From: a candidate division WOR-3 bacterium
GTDB lineage: Bacteria > Hydrothermota > Hydrothermia > LBFQ01
Reading direction: 5' to 3'
DNA length: 64,000 bases
NCBI GenBank assembly: GCA_039802605.1
Contig: JBDRWW010000001.1
Location: forward strand, 224,001-288,000
Below are positions 39,078-50,134 of the stretch, piece after piece. The number at the start of each line of letters is the position of its first letter. The first letter of the stretch is position 1. The notes beneath the pieces were generated by a model. That model made no database searches, was not told the origin of the DNA, and was given only the letters and a program-made list of their open reading frames with translations. A program made the position numbers and the translations under genes.

Positions 39078-41579
39078 TTATACAAGACTGTGATCGTTAA
39101 ATAACGATTTAACCCTATCCGTATGGTATTTTATTAGGTTCTCAACCTCAACGGGTGGTTCCCCGAATATATCCCGCATTTCGTTTAATATTTCCATAAT
39201 TTCGCCTTCACTTTCCGCCTCCGCGAGTTTAATGTAATATTCAACCCTTTTATCCGTACTTCTTATGTAATCCTCCGGTATATAGGCATCCTCCGCATCA
39301 ATGTCGTATTCGAATCGGAAACCCAAAGCCCTCTTTATGAGTTTTATGTAAAGTTTAAAACCGAGCTTTTTTACATTACCGTGTTGTTTTATCCCCAAGA
39401 GCTCCCCCATACCCCTTATTTCAAGGTCTTTTAAGGCGAGTTTATAGCCATCCCCCAAGGAGGAATACATTAAAATGTATTCAAGCCTCCTCTTTGCATT
39501 ATGGTTTTTTACATTTCTGTAAAGCAAAAAGGCATAAGCCTGCTTATCCCATCTCCCTATCCTTCCCCTCAATTGGTGTAATTGAGATATTCCGAGCATT
39601 TCAGGGGAATCTATTATTAATGTGTTTGCATTCCTGAAATCCAAACCCGCCTCTATTATTGCGGTTGAAACCAAAACCTTGATTTTGTTTTCGGAAAAGT
39701 AGTCCATAATCCTTTTAATATCCGTCTTTTTCATCCTCCCGTGAAGCATCTCCATCGGAACACCCGGAAGTATTGCCCTTAACCTCTCAAAAATATCCTT
39801 TAAACCCTCTATACGGTTATACACATAAAACACCTGCCCATCCCTTTCCAATTCTCTTTCTATCGCATTTTTAACCCTTTCTTCACTCCAAGGTTCGACA
39901 TATGTTTCTATCGGTAATCTCCCGGGTGGGGGTGTTCTTATATGGGATATGCTAATCAAACCTTCAAGCCCCATCCCCAATGTTCTGGGTATAGGTGTTG
40001 CGGAAAGGTATAGGTAATCAACCTTTGGATTTAATTTTTTAAACTTTTCCTTTTGTAATACCCCAAAATGCTGTTCCTCATCAACCACAACCAAACCCAG
40101 GTTATTAATTCTTTGATTTAAAAGGGCATGCGTGCCTACAAACAAGCCGTAATCTCCAAACTCTTTTTTTAACCTTGAAACCATATAAACGGGTATACCA
40201 AACATTTCAAACCTATCCTTAAAGTTTTTGTAATGTTGGTATGCCAAGAGAGTACTCGGACACAGCCAAACAACGCTCTTTCCATGTGATAGAACCCTAA
40301 AAGCCGCCCTCAAAGCGACTTCCGTTTTGCCAAAAGATACCTCCCCAACTATTAATCTGTCCATAACATAGGGGCCTTCAAGGTCGCTTAAAACATCGTT
40401 TATAGCCTTTATCTGATCTTCCGTTTCCGTATAAGGAAATGTGGCCCAAAACTCCTTTTCGTTATCAATGGGTGGATATGAAAAACCCCTTGGGGTTTTC
40501 CTCTCAAATATTAAATTAACTATTTCTCGGGCTATTTCGCTTATTTCAGCCAAAGCCCTCTTCTTCTCCGAATTCCATGTTCCGGAGTATATTGAAGAGA
40601 TCTCGGGTTCGTATCCCTCAGGGCCTATATATTTACTAACTTTGTGCGATTTATAAACGGGAACATATACCTTTCCATCCTTATATTGGATTGACATCAT
40701 CTCCAAACCGTTCCTTTTCTCCAAACCAACAAAAACCCCTATCCCGTAATCCTCGTGGACTATATAATCACCCAATTGTAGGTATCTTGGGGTTTTTATT
40801 GGCACCTTTGAAATCTTAATCTTTGAGGTCGTTGGTTCCGCCCCGAGTATTTCCCACTCACCCAAGTAAAGGACCTTATCCTCAAAATCCGAAAACCCCT
40901 CGTATATATTCCCGTTTTTTGCATCGACCCTTAAACCCTCAAATAGGGCGATCCTAATAGGATTTCCAAAGAATAAAACTTTATATCCCTTTTCGTATAA
41001 TTCCCACGCGTAATCAACGGCTTTTCTGAAATCCCCCAGGAAGGGCGGATTTGGGCTTATCCTCTTTGGAGGTATTGAAATTTCTTCCGGATATTCTCCA
41101 CCTTTATCGGGAATTATCAAGAAACCCCCGTTATGTTTTGATATGCTAACCTGGGTATAGGGTGAAAACTCCCTTATATCGTAAATTACATCGCCATCAA
41201 GTTCCACCCTCAAAGAGGTGTTTTCAAATACCAAATCCAAAATCCCACCCCTTATGGCAAATTGTCCTAACATTTCCGCAAAATCCACCCTTTCCCAACC
41301 GTTTAAAATTAAAACGTTAACGATTTCCCCGAGTTTTAACCTTTCACCCACTTTTAACGGAATCCTCGTTATTTTTAAGCGTTTTCCGAGAATTATTGCC
41401 CTTTCATCATAGAAAAAAAACGAAACCCTATCGGATAAGCCCGCGGAGATTCCAAAACTTTGAAGTTCCCTTAAAACCTTTAAGTTATCCCCCCCGAAAT
41501 CCGCACAGAAAACCCCCCTTTTATTCCTCAAAACCTCAGAAATCCTTAGTGTTATATACCCGCTCGGATATTTCTGCAT
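39078..41579 (-). CDS. mfd: Transcription-repair coupling factor (compact)
   Basis: UvrB-like 'GQFAIRGGILD', CarD-like 'VHEDYGIG', 'FPYTETEDQ', 'DEEQHFG', 'QLRGRIGR', TRCF C-terminus. Confidence 0.9.
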   Translation of the reverse strand: MQKYPSGYITLRISEVLRNKRGVFCADFGGDNLKVLRELQSFGISAGLSDRVSFFFYDERAIILGKRLKITRIPLKVGERLKLGEIVNVLILNGWERVDFAEMLGQFAIRGGILDLVFENTSLRVELDGDVIYDIREFSPYTQVSISKHNGGFLIIPDKGGEYPEEISIPPKRISPNPPFLGDFRKAVDYAWELYEKGYKVLFFGNPIRIALFEGLRVDAKNGNIYEGFSDFEDKVLYLGEWEILGAEPTTSKIKISKVPIKTPRYLQLGDYIVHEDYGIGVFVGLEKRNGLEMMSIQYKDGKVYVPVYKSHKVSKYIGPEGYEPEISSIYSGTWNSEKKRALAEISEIAREIVNLIFERKTPRGFSYPPIDNEKEFWATFPYTETEDQIKAINDVLSDLEGPYVMDRLIVGEVSFGKTEVALRAAFRVLSHGKSVVWLCPSTLLAYQHYKNFKDRFEMFGIPVYMVSRLKKEFGDYGLFVGTHALLNQRINNLGLVVVDEEQHFGVLQKEKFKKLNPKVDYLYLSATPIPRTLGMGLEGLISISHIRTPPPGRLPIETYVEPWSEERVKNAIERELERDGQVFYVYNRIEGLKDIFERLRAILPGVPMEMLHGRMKKTDIKRIMDYFSENKIKVLVSTAIIEAGLDFRNANTLIIDSPEMLGISQLHQLRGRIGRWDKQAYAFLLYRNVKNHNAKRRLEYILMYSSLGDGYKLALKDLEIRGMGELLGIKQHGNVKKLGFKLYIKLIKRALGFRFEYDIDAEDAYIPEDYIRSTDKRVEYYIKLAEAESEGEIMEILNEMRDIFGEPPVEVENLIKYHTDRVKSLFNDHSLV

Positions 41580-42745
41580 ACCAGGTTTTCAATAAAGGCA
41601 AAGAGTTGATAAAGCCTTGTCTTCTCCTTTAATATTAAAACCAAAGAGATTGCCATATAAACCCAAGCGAGGATAAAGCGAATTGACGGAACCGGTATTG
41701 CGAACTGGATAAAAAACAAAGTAAATAGCCAAAATGCTTCCCAAAGGGATAACCTTAAGTTCAAAAGGAGTATTGTACCAAAAAGGGATTGCGCTGCGGT
41801 TAGGAATATTTCCTCCCTTTGAATGTAATCCAAGGGCATCCCCGATAAACCACCCAATCCCAAGGAATACGCAAGTGGAAGCATGCCTATTAAAAGCGAC
41901 CACTGATTTACCTTACTTGAAATTAGGGCACCCATCGCCACGGATGCCTTTCCCTTTAAGGCAAGCATTATGGCAACAACCAATTCCGCAAATTCCGAAG
42001 CAATTGGTGCAACCCACTGTATTAGTAAAAACTCGCTTATACCGAGCATTTTACCCGTTTCCAAAAGGCCGTGTACAAATGGTTTAACGGATAAGAAAAT
42101 AAAGACACCCGCAAGGGCAAACAAAAGAACCACTATTGGTATCCTAAACCTCTTGCGTAAGGATACTATGACCTTGGCGGCGCCTTCAAACTCCTCCTCC
42201 CTCTCACTTGATTTCGCGGAAACATAAGCGTAAAACAGGAAAAGCGAAATTAAAACTATGCTATCAATTATGTCAATTGAACCGGTTATTGGGATTTTAA
42301 AGGAATAAAGCGTTGCCAAGAACAAAAATGCTATTTCCAACCTTATACCCCTCTTAAACAAAACCGACTTACCCAATATATCACCCCCCTTTGAAAAGAA
42401 TACCGCAACTACTACCACAACTGGCCAGAAAAGACCCAAGAGCATGCGGTTGGCACCCGTCATGTTTGCGGCGGCATAATGGATAAACTGTGGGTCCTGG
42501 CCGCCCTTATATGCCAAGTATATATCAACGGCGTACTCGGGCAAAACCGCCAACAATGCCAAAACTATCGTGGCAAAAGACCTTGAAACATCTTTCTGGG
42601 CGGCCTCAACCGCCACGGATAGGATATAACCCGCGGACATTATTGCAAAGCCACCTATCAGGGATAATAATATTGGATTTTGGATAAACTTTACGGCAAA
42701 ACTGCAAACAAGGCCTACAATTATTGATAAATACAAAGCTTTCAT
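41552..42745 (-). CDS. Sodium/calcium (CaCA) antiporter
   Basis: 'LAVLPEYAVD', 'ANMTGAN', 'APIASEFAE', 'LISSKVNQW'. Confidence 0.88.
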   Translation of the reverse strand: MKALYLSIIVGLVCSFAVKFIQNPILLSLIGGFAIMSAGYILSVAVEAAQKDVSRSFATIVLALLAVLPEYAVDIYLAYKGGQDPQFIHYAAANMTGANRMLLGLFWPVVVVVAVFFSKGGDILGKSVLFKRGIRLEIAFLFLATLYSFKIPITGSIDIIDSIVLISLFLFYAYVSAKSSEREEEFEGAAKVIVSLRKRFRIPIVVLLFALAGVFIFLSVKPFVHGLLETGKMLGISEFLLIQWVAPIASEFAELVVAIMLALKGKASVAMGALISSKVNQWSLLIGMLPLAYSLGLGGLSGMPLDYIQREEIFLTAAQSLFGTILLLNLRLSLWEAFWLFTLFFIQFAIPVPSIRFILAWVYMAISLVLILKEKTRLYQLFAFIENLVCRNIRAGI

Positions 42746-44124
42746 TCGTGCCTCGCTTCTAGTATTTCTATGTTCAAAAACCCTATTACCGACATTATCG
42801 TCGCCTGCTTTTCCAAACTCCCCTGTTGTAAGGTTATCCTATAAGGTCTTGCGGGAAATTCCCCATAAACGGGGTCTATCGGAACCCATTGGCCACCTAT
42901 CCAAGAAGCATTCCAAGCGTGATAATAAAAACCATCACCCTGATATATCAAACCCACCATTATTTCGGTTGGTATTCCCGCAGCCCTCGCCAAGGCGGCG
43001 TAAAGGGTTGCATGTTCGTTGCAGTCCCCATACCTTTCCCTTAAAACCTGCTTAGCGGTTGGAATCGTTATAGAACCCCTCTTTTCAAGGTTGTTATACA
43101 CCCACTCAAATATCCTTTTTGCCTTTTCAAGATCCGTTTTAGCACCCTTTGTTATTTCCTTTGCGAGGCTTTGTATTTCCGGGTCATTAACCTCTAAGAA
43201 TTGGGTGGGTTCTAAGTAGTGGGAAAGTTGGGTTGGTGGTGGAGATGTTGAGCCCCTTAACTCTTTGGGATATTCAACATTTACCAAGGCCGTATCCCCC
43301 CTAGCCTCTGCAACCCTTTGATTGGCAAAGTTCGGGTTTAGATCCCCCCTAATGGGATAAATCTTTACTTTTAAGAATGTTAGGGTTTTAACATCACCTA
43401 TGTTTCCCTTCGGCCTAACCGCGTAAAGGGATAGTACATTAAACGGTTCAACGGGCGCTTTTGCTTCCTCCTCCGGTTGGGCTACGATATCCATTTTAAG
43501 GGGTTGGTTTTGCAACAGGAGTTTCCCATCCCTCACATGCGCCCTGACCAATATACCCTTTGCGTTAAGGATCCATAGGGTATCGCCTTCTTTTTCAACA
43601 TCCGACTCCATAAAGGCGGCAACGGAAGGGTCAAAGTAATGATATTTACCCTCTTTTAACAAACCTTTTGCCGCAGCAAATACAAATGTTTGGGGGGTCA
43701 AAACCGGTTTATGGGCGTTATACACAAAGGATTGGGGGGAACCGGTTGGGGGCTTGTATTCAACAACAAATTTACCGTTTTCAATTCTACCCTCCGCCGT
43801 TATATTCTGGTCTTGGGTTGATAAAACAAAGTTTAAGACTCTTACTCCACCGTTTTCGTTCAAATCCGCATTAATCTTTGTGGTCATTTCCTTAACCAAA
43901 CCCAACATCAAAACCTTTATATACATCTCCTCGTTGAAATCGTACCCATTGGATGTTTTATAAACCTTTATCTCCTCCCACCCAGCTCTATTGCCCATCA
44001 TATAAACGCTTCCAATAAAGTGAAAATCGTAATTTTTTGCCTTTTCGGAAACCCTTTCCCCTTTATCGGCATTACCACCAAAACAGGCTATCAGTAAAAA
44101 AGTTAATAAAAAAATCCTTCTCAT
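42742..44124 (-). CDS. Transglutaminase-like lipoprotein
   Basis: Lipobox 'LIAC'; triad 'GDCNEHA', 'YHAW', 'PIDP'. Confidence 0.88.
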   Translation of the reverse strand: MRRIFLLTFLLIACFGGNADKGERVSEKAKNYDFHFIGSVYMMGNRAGWEEIKVYKTSNGYDFNEEMYIKVLMLGLVKEMTTKINADLNENGGVRVLNFVLSTQDQNITAEGRIENGKFVVEYKPPTGSPQSFVYNAHKPVLTPQTFVFAAAKGLLKEGKYHYFDPSVAAFMESDVEKEGDTLWILNAKGILVRAHVRDGKLLLQNQPLKMDIVAQPEEEAKAPVEPFNVLSLYAVRPKGNIGDVKTLTFLKVKIYPIRGDLNPNFANQRVAEARGDTALVNVEYPKELRGSTSPPPTQLSHYLEPTQFLEVNDPEIQSLAKEITKGAKTDLEKAKRIFEWVYNNLEKRGSITIPTAKQVLRERYGDCNEHATLYAALARAAGIPTEIMVGLIYQGDGFYYHAWNASWIGGQWVPIDPVYGEFPARPYRITLQQGSLEKQATIMSVIGFLNIEILEARHE

Positions 44125-44146
44125 TAAGCCGTTATTCTAAGGTTGT

Positions 44147-45298
44147 TTAATATATTACTGCACTTGCAAAACTCACGGCGGAATTCGTATCCTCCTCGTA
44201 TGAAATCTTATAGGATAAAACCTTTCCCCTTCCAACCCCTCCGAAATATTCCAACAAGGCATATATTGCAGGAACTGCGTCTATGCGTGTTGGGTTTTGG
44301 TATAACTTAACCCAAGATATTAGGGTTTCCGGGTTTAAACTTTCAAGTATTTCCAAAAACAGTTTATCGTAATATTTTAAGGCTTCGTTATCCAAAAACT
44401 CATCCCCAAACCTCCCACCCATATGGCTCATATCAACACTCGCCACAATGAGGGCGTTTTTACCAATTAATACTTCCCTTAAAGCGTTGATAAATTCCTC
44501 TATCATCCGGAAATCCCCAATATCCTCACCCGAAAATATAAAAGGCAGAACTTTAATGTCTTTTTCGGGGAAAAGCGCCTTTATGAAAACTATGGGGAAT
44601 TCAACGGAGTGTTCCCCCTTAAACGCCAAGGGGTCGGAAAATAGGTCAAATTTAAGGCTTGAATTCAATTTTTCTAAGGTTTTTAGATCTGTTTCAACAA
44701 CACCCAAAGGGGTTTCAAAGTGCATGGGTAATGCGTTTATGGGGTTTGATATATAACTATGTGCTATTCCGAATATTACAAATGTATCCGCATCGCTCCT
44801 ATAAATCGCCCTCAAACCCTCAACATAAACATCCCAGCCTCTCCTCGGGTCTATATGGGGGATTACCACGCCTTTGGGTTTAACCAAAAGGAGGTTTTCC
44901 AACCTCTTTGCGGGTAGAACCATCTCCAAAAGTTCTGTGGAATTTTCCGGATATGCATCCCCCGCAAATACCATAGGCCTAACCTTCAAGTTTATAAATT
45001 CCGAGGACAGTTCTCTATATTTCCTTTGAAAGTTTTCGTTATCCAGAAGGAACCAATCGTTTAACCTATTTACAAAGTTTAAAACCTCAACTGGGCTTAT
45101 ATCGTATCCCGTTATACCCCTGAATTCTTCTGCTATTTCGTTTATAGTCCTGTTCCCATCCATCAAACTTAAAAGTAAAACTGCACCGGATGAAAGCACT
45201 ACGGGTTGGGGTGTAATACCCAAAGGGTCTATCAAAACAACCCCTTCATCAACCATGCTAACCTGTAAAGGCCTTAACCTCGGCTTAGTGCCCTCCAC
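44147..45298 (-). CDS. AmmeMemoRadiSam protein B (MEMO1 family) with N-terminal PqqD-like domain
   Basis: 'AGDAYP', 'PHID', 'ETPLG', 'EHSVEF', 'ASVDMSH'; N-terminal 'LMDGNRTINEI'. Confidence 0.85.
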   Translation of the reverse strand: MEGTKPRLRPLQVSMVDEGVVLIDPLGITPQPVVLSSGAVLLLSLMDGNRTINEIAEEFRGITGYDISPVEVLNFVNRLNDWFLLDNENFQRKYRELSSEFINLKVRPMVFAGDAYPENSTELLEMVLPAKRLENLLLVKPKGVVIPHIDPRRGWDVYVEGLRAIYRSDADTFVIFGIAHSYISNPINALPMHFETPLGVVETDLKTLEKLNSSLKFDLFSDPLAFKGEHSVEFPIVFIKALFPEKDIKVLPFIFSGEDIGDFRMIEEFINALREVLIGKNALIVASVDMSHMGGRFGDEFLDNEALKYYDKLFLEILESLNPETLISWVKLYQNPTRIDAVPAIYALLEYFGGVGRGKVLSYKISYEEDTNSAVSFASAVIY

Positions 45299-45312
45299 AA
45301 GTGTGAATTATA
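45293..45312 (-). repeat. Direct repeat copy B flanking the RM gene (TATAATTCACACTTGTGGAG)
   Basis: 18/20 identical to 48355-48374; contains the RM stop codon and the GTG start of the next gene. Confidence 0.65.
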
Positions 45313-48300
45313 GAGTTGAAGGTTCTATTTGTGGATACACCTCATCAATGAGTTTTTGGATTTCTATCGTTTGGGCTATGGCTTTTACGATGTTAATATA
45401 CCTAATTGGGTTTTCCAACCGCCTTCCTTTCCTATCTTTTAGATATTTTTGCAAAACTTGATAACCCCCGATCATATATTCCCACATTTCCGTTGTAATC
45501 CCAACAAAATATTTGTTTTTGTTTATAAAAACCCTACCACTTTCGGGGTCATACTTTACAAATTCCACCATATCATCGCCATGGCCTTCGTATTTAATTT
45601 TCGGTTCATCCGGAATTTTACGCAACAGGTGTAAATCTATAAGTTCTTTACCCAATTCGGCCATTTCCTTGAAAATCTCAGCCTCTTTTGTAAATGGGAT
45701 TCGTGGAAAATCTATTTTTAACTCGTTTGTAAAATTCTGGCGATATGTTGGGCTGTATAAAACCGCATATATGTATGCCAAAATATCTTCGGGTTCTGGG
45801 GTAAAACCGTAGGCTTCTTTGAGTTTTTCAAACAACCAATCGGCTATGTTGGGTTTTTTATCTTTGGAAACAAGGTCGGAGGGGTAAAGGTAGAGGGGAA
45901 AGAGGTAAGTTATGGATACGGCATCTGTAATCGCATGGGCATCAACGATATTGGTGGTAATAAAGGCGGGTGGAATACCTTCACGAGTGGCTTGACGAGA
46001 ACCACATAACCCCACATTCTCCCCTGCCAACATATGGCGCATTACTTTATATCTGGGTCTCCAAATGAAACCGCTATCTCTCCCGGTATAGTATGTATAA
46101 CGAACATCAAAGGGTCTATATAAAACGGGGACGATTTTATCCCTATGGGGTCCTCCGTTATACTTTAAATCTTCCTGTGCCAAAGAAACCTTCCAACCCT
46201 TTTTATCGGATCCAAGCCCATAAAATCGGCGTGCGTCTTCTTCATTCATACGGACAAAGTTTATAACAGTTGCCCACACTTCCTCGGGGGTGTAATGTAT
46301 AGTCAACTTATCCCGGGCGGTCACTATTCCCGTGCTGCTTACCGGAAAAATTTCCGAAATTGAGGGCCAAGTTTGGTAATCCCGATTTGGTGAGTACGGA
46401 ACAAAAAAGTAAAAGGGTTTAACGGGTTTTATCGGTTTATATCCAGCATTGGTTATGTCATGGGTTTCAAGCCATTTATACTTTTCCTCACGGCTTCCGT
46501 AAAGGTCTAAATGATATATTCCCCTTAACTCCTTTTTCCCGTGTTTTACGAAAATCCCAATTGCAACGCCTTGTCGTATATCAAAAATGTTTTCGTCCGG
46601 TAAGCCTTCCGGTGTGGTTTCCCGCTTTAAACTGTTCCCGTGCAGATCAAGGATGTATATTTCATCAAAAGTTTTAAGCAAGCTCTGGCGCATTCCCCTA
46701 AATGTCGGGTTATCAATATAACTGTGGTTTGTAATCATCGCCACTATACCCTTCCCCGTTTTGTTTATCTTCCATTGTGCGAACCGTAAGAATTTAACAT
46801 AATCGTCTTGTAGCCACACTTTCTTTTCACCTAAGGGTTTTCCATCTACCTTGTAATAACTTTGAACGCCATCTATATCGGTTTTAAGCAACCTTTCCGT
46901 CCATTCGTTTATATTCTCGGAAATTCCGGAGTATGGGGGATTTCCCATAATAACCAAAATGGGTTCATTCTTTTTAATCCTCGCGGCTTTATGGCTTTCT
47001 TCACTTAGCGATGCCAATCCCGGAAAACGGCTTTCCGGTAATTCTTCCATTTCCAAGGTGTTTGTTAAATAGAGTTGGAAACGCTCACCCTCTTTAAGGG
47101 GTATTCCAAGGGATTCCAAAAGGAAACCTATTTTCATATGCCCTATTGCATAAGGGGCCATAAGTAATTCAAAAGCGTAATAGTTTTGAAGTATATGCCT
47201 TTTTAACTTTTCCTTAACCCCCTCACCGTATTTTTCTGTAAATTCTTTAAAAGCCAACCTTATGGCTTCCGCCACAAATGTCATAGTTCCGGCGGCCGGG
47301 TCTAAAAGTTTAACCCTTTCATCCGCCAAACCCTCCGATAAACCAAATCTATCTTTTAGCAAGATATTTACCGAACGGACTATATAACTTACAACGGGTT
47401 GAGGTGTGTAATAAACACCGCGACGCTCCCGAGTTTCGGGGTCGTATTCCGCAAGAAAGGTTTCGTAAAAGTGTATTATCGGTTCATCTCCCTTTCCCGA
47501 CTCCTGATACTGCTTCATAATAGCCCTAACATCCACAGCGTTTAACAATGCCGCTATATCATCAACCATAACTTCCATCTGTTGGGAAACTTGCCCAAGG
47601 GAAATATAATGCCAATGGTTGAGGGTATAAGGGCATAGGCAATTTTCCTGTTAAAGTTGTTTTCCGTCCTTGTGCGTGCGCTGAAAAGTCCGTATGCAAT
47701 GGTCTGGGCATAAAGGTCTGCAAATTGTTCCTCTGTTAAACTCGGCAACAGGTACTCCTTAAAAGCCTCATAAAAACCGTAAATATCGCTTTTTCCGTCT
47801 TTAAGTTCGGGAAGGATTACCTCATCCCTTAAAAAACGGGTTTTGTGTGCCAATTCTCGGGCTAGCGCTTCGGCCGTGGATATAGGGGGTATGGCAAAAT
47901 CCAAAAAGTTGTGGAAAAGTCTTTTTAATCCCTCCACACCTTCGGCCGGAGGTTTAACTTTGATTTTTTGGGGTATGAATGGACGGGCAAGGAGTACCCT
48001 TTGGATTTCCTGACCGTTTCGGTAAAGCCTAAATTCGTAAAAATCCGTTAAAATCAGGTTTGGGAATGTATTTAAATACCTTTTTAGTTGCTCGGTGGTT
48101 ATAACATTATCAAGGTTTATCCCGGGAGTCTTGGCCTCAATATACCCTGTAACATTATGGGAACTATCCCAAACCCTAAAATCCGGATTCCCCGCCTCCG
48201 TTTTCTTTGGAAGTATGGTTATATGAACATTTTTACCGTAAAACCTTGCAACCTCTTCAACCAATTCCTTCAATACCGGGTAATAACTCTCCTCACGGGC

Positions 48301-48360
48301 ATCGCCCCTTTTTGTAATATCCGATATGCCATCAAGATACCTTTTTATAAACCTCTCCAC
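45308..48360 (-). pseudogene. Single-chain restriction-modification enzyme (Type IIG/IIL, ISP-type specificity domain), frameshifted
   Basis: N-part has 'NPDF...IEAK' nuclease; C-part has 'GVYYTP', 'LDPAAGT', 'GNPPY', 'YRPFD', 'DFPRIP'; frame changes near 47605-47610. Confidence 0.85.
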
Positions 48361-48374
48361 GAATGTGAATTATA
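48355..48374 (-). repeat. Direct repeat copy A flanking the RM gene (TATAATTCACATTCGTGGAG)
   Basis: 18/20 identical to 45293-45312; contains the -10 box and GTG start of the RM gene. Confidence 0.65.
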
Positions 48375-48425
48375 TTTGCGGAAGATTTTTAAAAGAGAAA
48401 TCAAACACGCATAAAATACCCTTCT

Positions 48426-49646
48426 ATGGCATACATTTATAAAGCGGGCGTAGTAGGCGGAGGCACCATGGGTTCCGGAATTGCTTATGTAATATCTTAC
48501 TCCGGGATACCCGTGGTATTAAAGGAGATAGATAAGGAGAGGGCACAAAAGGCATATGAAACCATAAAATCCCTTTATGAAGGCAGGGTTAAAAAGGGAA
48601 AGATTACGGAAGAAGAGGCCGAAAGGAGACTCGCATTGGTTGAGGTGACGGATTCTTACGAACCCTTTTCGGATGTTGATATTGTTATAGAGGCCGTTTT
48701 TGAAGATCTTGATGTGAAAATAAAGGTTTTCCAGGAGTTGGAAAACTATGTTCCGGAACATACGATCCTTGCAACCAACACCTCCGCCTTATCAATAACC
48801 GCAATGGCAGCCGCGACAAAGAGACCCGATAAGGTTATAGGTATGCACTTTTTCTTCCCAGCCCCCGTTATGAAACTCGTGGAGGTTATACCGGCATTGC
48901 AGACCTCGGAGGAAACCGTGCAAACCGTAATAGAGTTTTCGGAATCCTTATCAAAACTACCGATTAGGGTTGAGGAATGTCCCGGCTTTTTGGTGAATAG
49001 GATTTTGATGGCCTATATGAACGAGGCGGCCTGGGCTTTACTCGAAGGCGAGGCTACGGCCGAAGAGATAGATGCCGCCGCAAGGGAATTCGGTTGGCCA
49101 ATGGGTCCCTTTACACTCATAGATGAGTTAGGTGTTGATGTGGGCGTAAAGGTTGCGCATATACTTTATGAGGGTTATGGTGAGAGGATGAGACCCGCAC
49201 CCATTTTGGACGAGATAATAAAGGAGGGGAGGTTTGGGAAAAAGGCGGGTGCGGGTGTATATGATTACGGAAAGGGTGTAAGGCCCATAGAGGAGATTGC
49301 CGAAAAGTTGAGGAAAGAACTCGGAATACAAAGGAGGGAAGGGTTTGATTACAATAGGCTTATGATAGCAATGATAAACGAGGCCATACTAACATTGCAG
49401 GAAAGGGTTGCATCTCCAAGGGATATAGATCTCGGTATGCTTGCGGGTACTGGCTTCCCACAGGCAAGGGGAGGTGGTCCATTAATGTACGCGGATATTA
49501 TCGGCCTTGATGAGGTTTTGAAAATGAGTTTGGAATACGAGAAGAAGTACGGTTGGAGGTTTCACCCATCTTACCTTTTGAAGAAATACATAGACGCGGG
49601 GTGGCTTGGCAAAAAGAGCGGTAAGGGCTTCTTTGAGCATGTATGA
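48426..49646 (+). CDS. 3-hydroxyacyl-CoA dehydrogenase (duplicated C-terminal domain)
   Basis: 'GGGTMGSGIA', 'IEAVFED', 'ATNTS', 'GMHFF', 'PGFLVNR'. Confidence 0.92.
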   Translation: MAYIYKAGVVGGGTMGSGIAYVISYSGIPVVLKEIDKERAQKAYETIKSLYEGRVKKGKITEEEAERRLALVEVTDSYEPFSDVDIVIEAVFEDLDVKIKVFQELENYVPEHTILATNTSALSITAMAAATKRPDKVIGMHFFFPAPVMKLVEVIPALQTSEETVQTVIEFSESLSKLPIRVEECPGFLVNRILMAYMNEAAWALLEGEATAEEIDAAAREFGWPMGPFTLIDELGVDVGVKVAHILYEGYGERMRPAPILDEIIKEGRFGKKAGAGVYDYGKGVRPIEEIAEKLRKELGIQRREGFDYNRLMIAMINEAILTLQERVASPRDIDLGMLAGTGFPQARGGGPLMYADIIGLDEVLKMSLEYEKKYGWRFHPSYLLKKYIDAGWLGKKSGKGFFEHV

Positions 49647-50134
49647 AATTGGCAATATTGGAAATACTCTACGAGGATGAGGTTATAGGATTTTCGAAGA
49701 GCAGAGGGGATTTTTACATAAGGGATGAAAGGTTTAAAGTAAAGGACAAATCGCCATTTTTCGCAGCCGAAGGGGTTAATGTGGTCTTGGGATTTGGTCC
49801 GGAAAGGGGGGAAAACCTTTTGAGGGAGTTTTTGGCCTTGGGTGCCGAAAGGGCCGTATATCTACCCATCCCATTTTACGGCGTCAAAAACTTTGACCTA
49901 TATCCCGTTTGCGATTACATAATAAAGAACTTTCCCGATTACGAGATATTTACATCAAACTGGGAAGTCTTTTACAGGTGTAAGGGCTTAAAGATAAACC
50001 TCGTTAAGGAGAACATACCGGGAAGGCTTCCAACGGCATTGGAAATAGTAAAGGGTAGGAAGAAACCTTTACAGATTCCCGAGGATTTTGTATATTCCAC
50101 CCCCTTCAGGTTCATAAGCGGGGAAGAGATATAA
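49643..50134 (+). CDS. Reduced electron-transfer flavoprotein beta-like protein
   Basis: 'GFGPE...LREFLALGAERAV' and 'RLPTALEIVKGRKKP' resemble EtfB segments. Confidence 0.5.
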   Translation: MKLAILEILYEDEVIGFSKSRGDFYIRDERFKVKDKSPFFAAEGVNVVLGFGPERGENLLREFLALGAERAVYLPIPFYGVKNFDLYPVCDYIIKNFPDYEIFTSNWEVFYRCKGLKINLVKENIPGRLPTALEIVKGRKKPLQIPEDFVYSTPFRFISGEEI

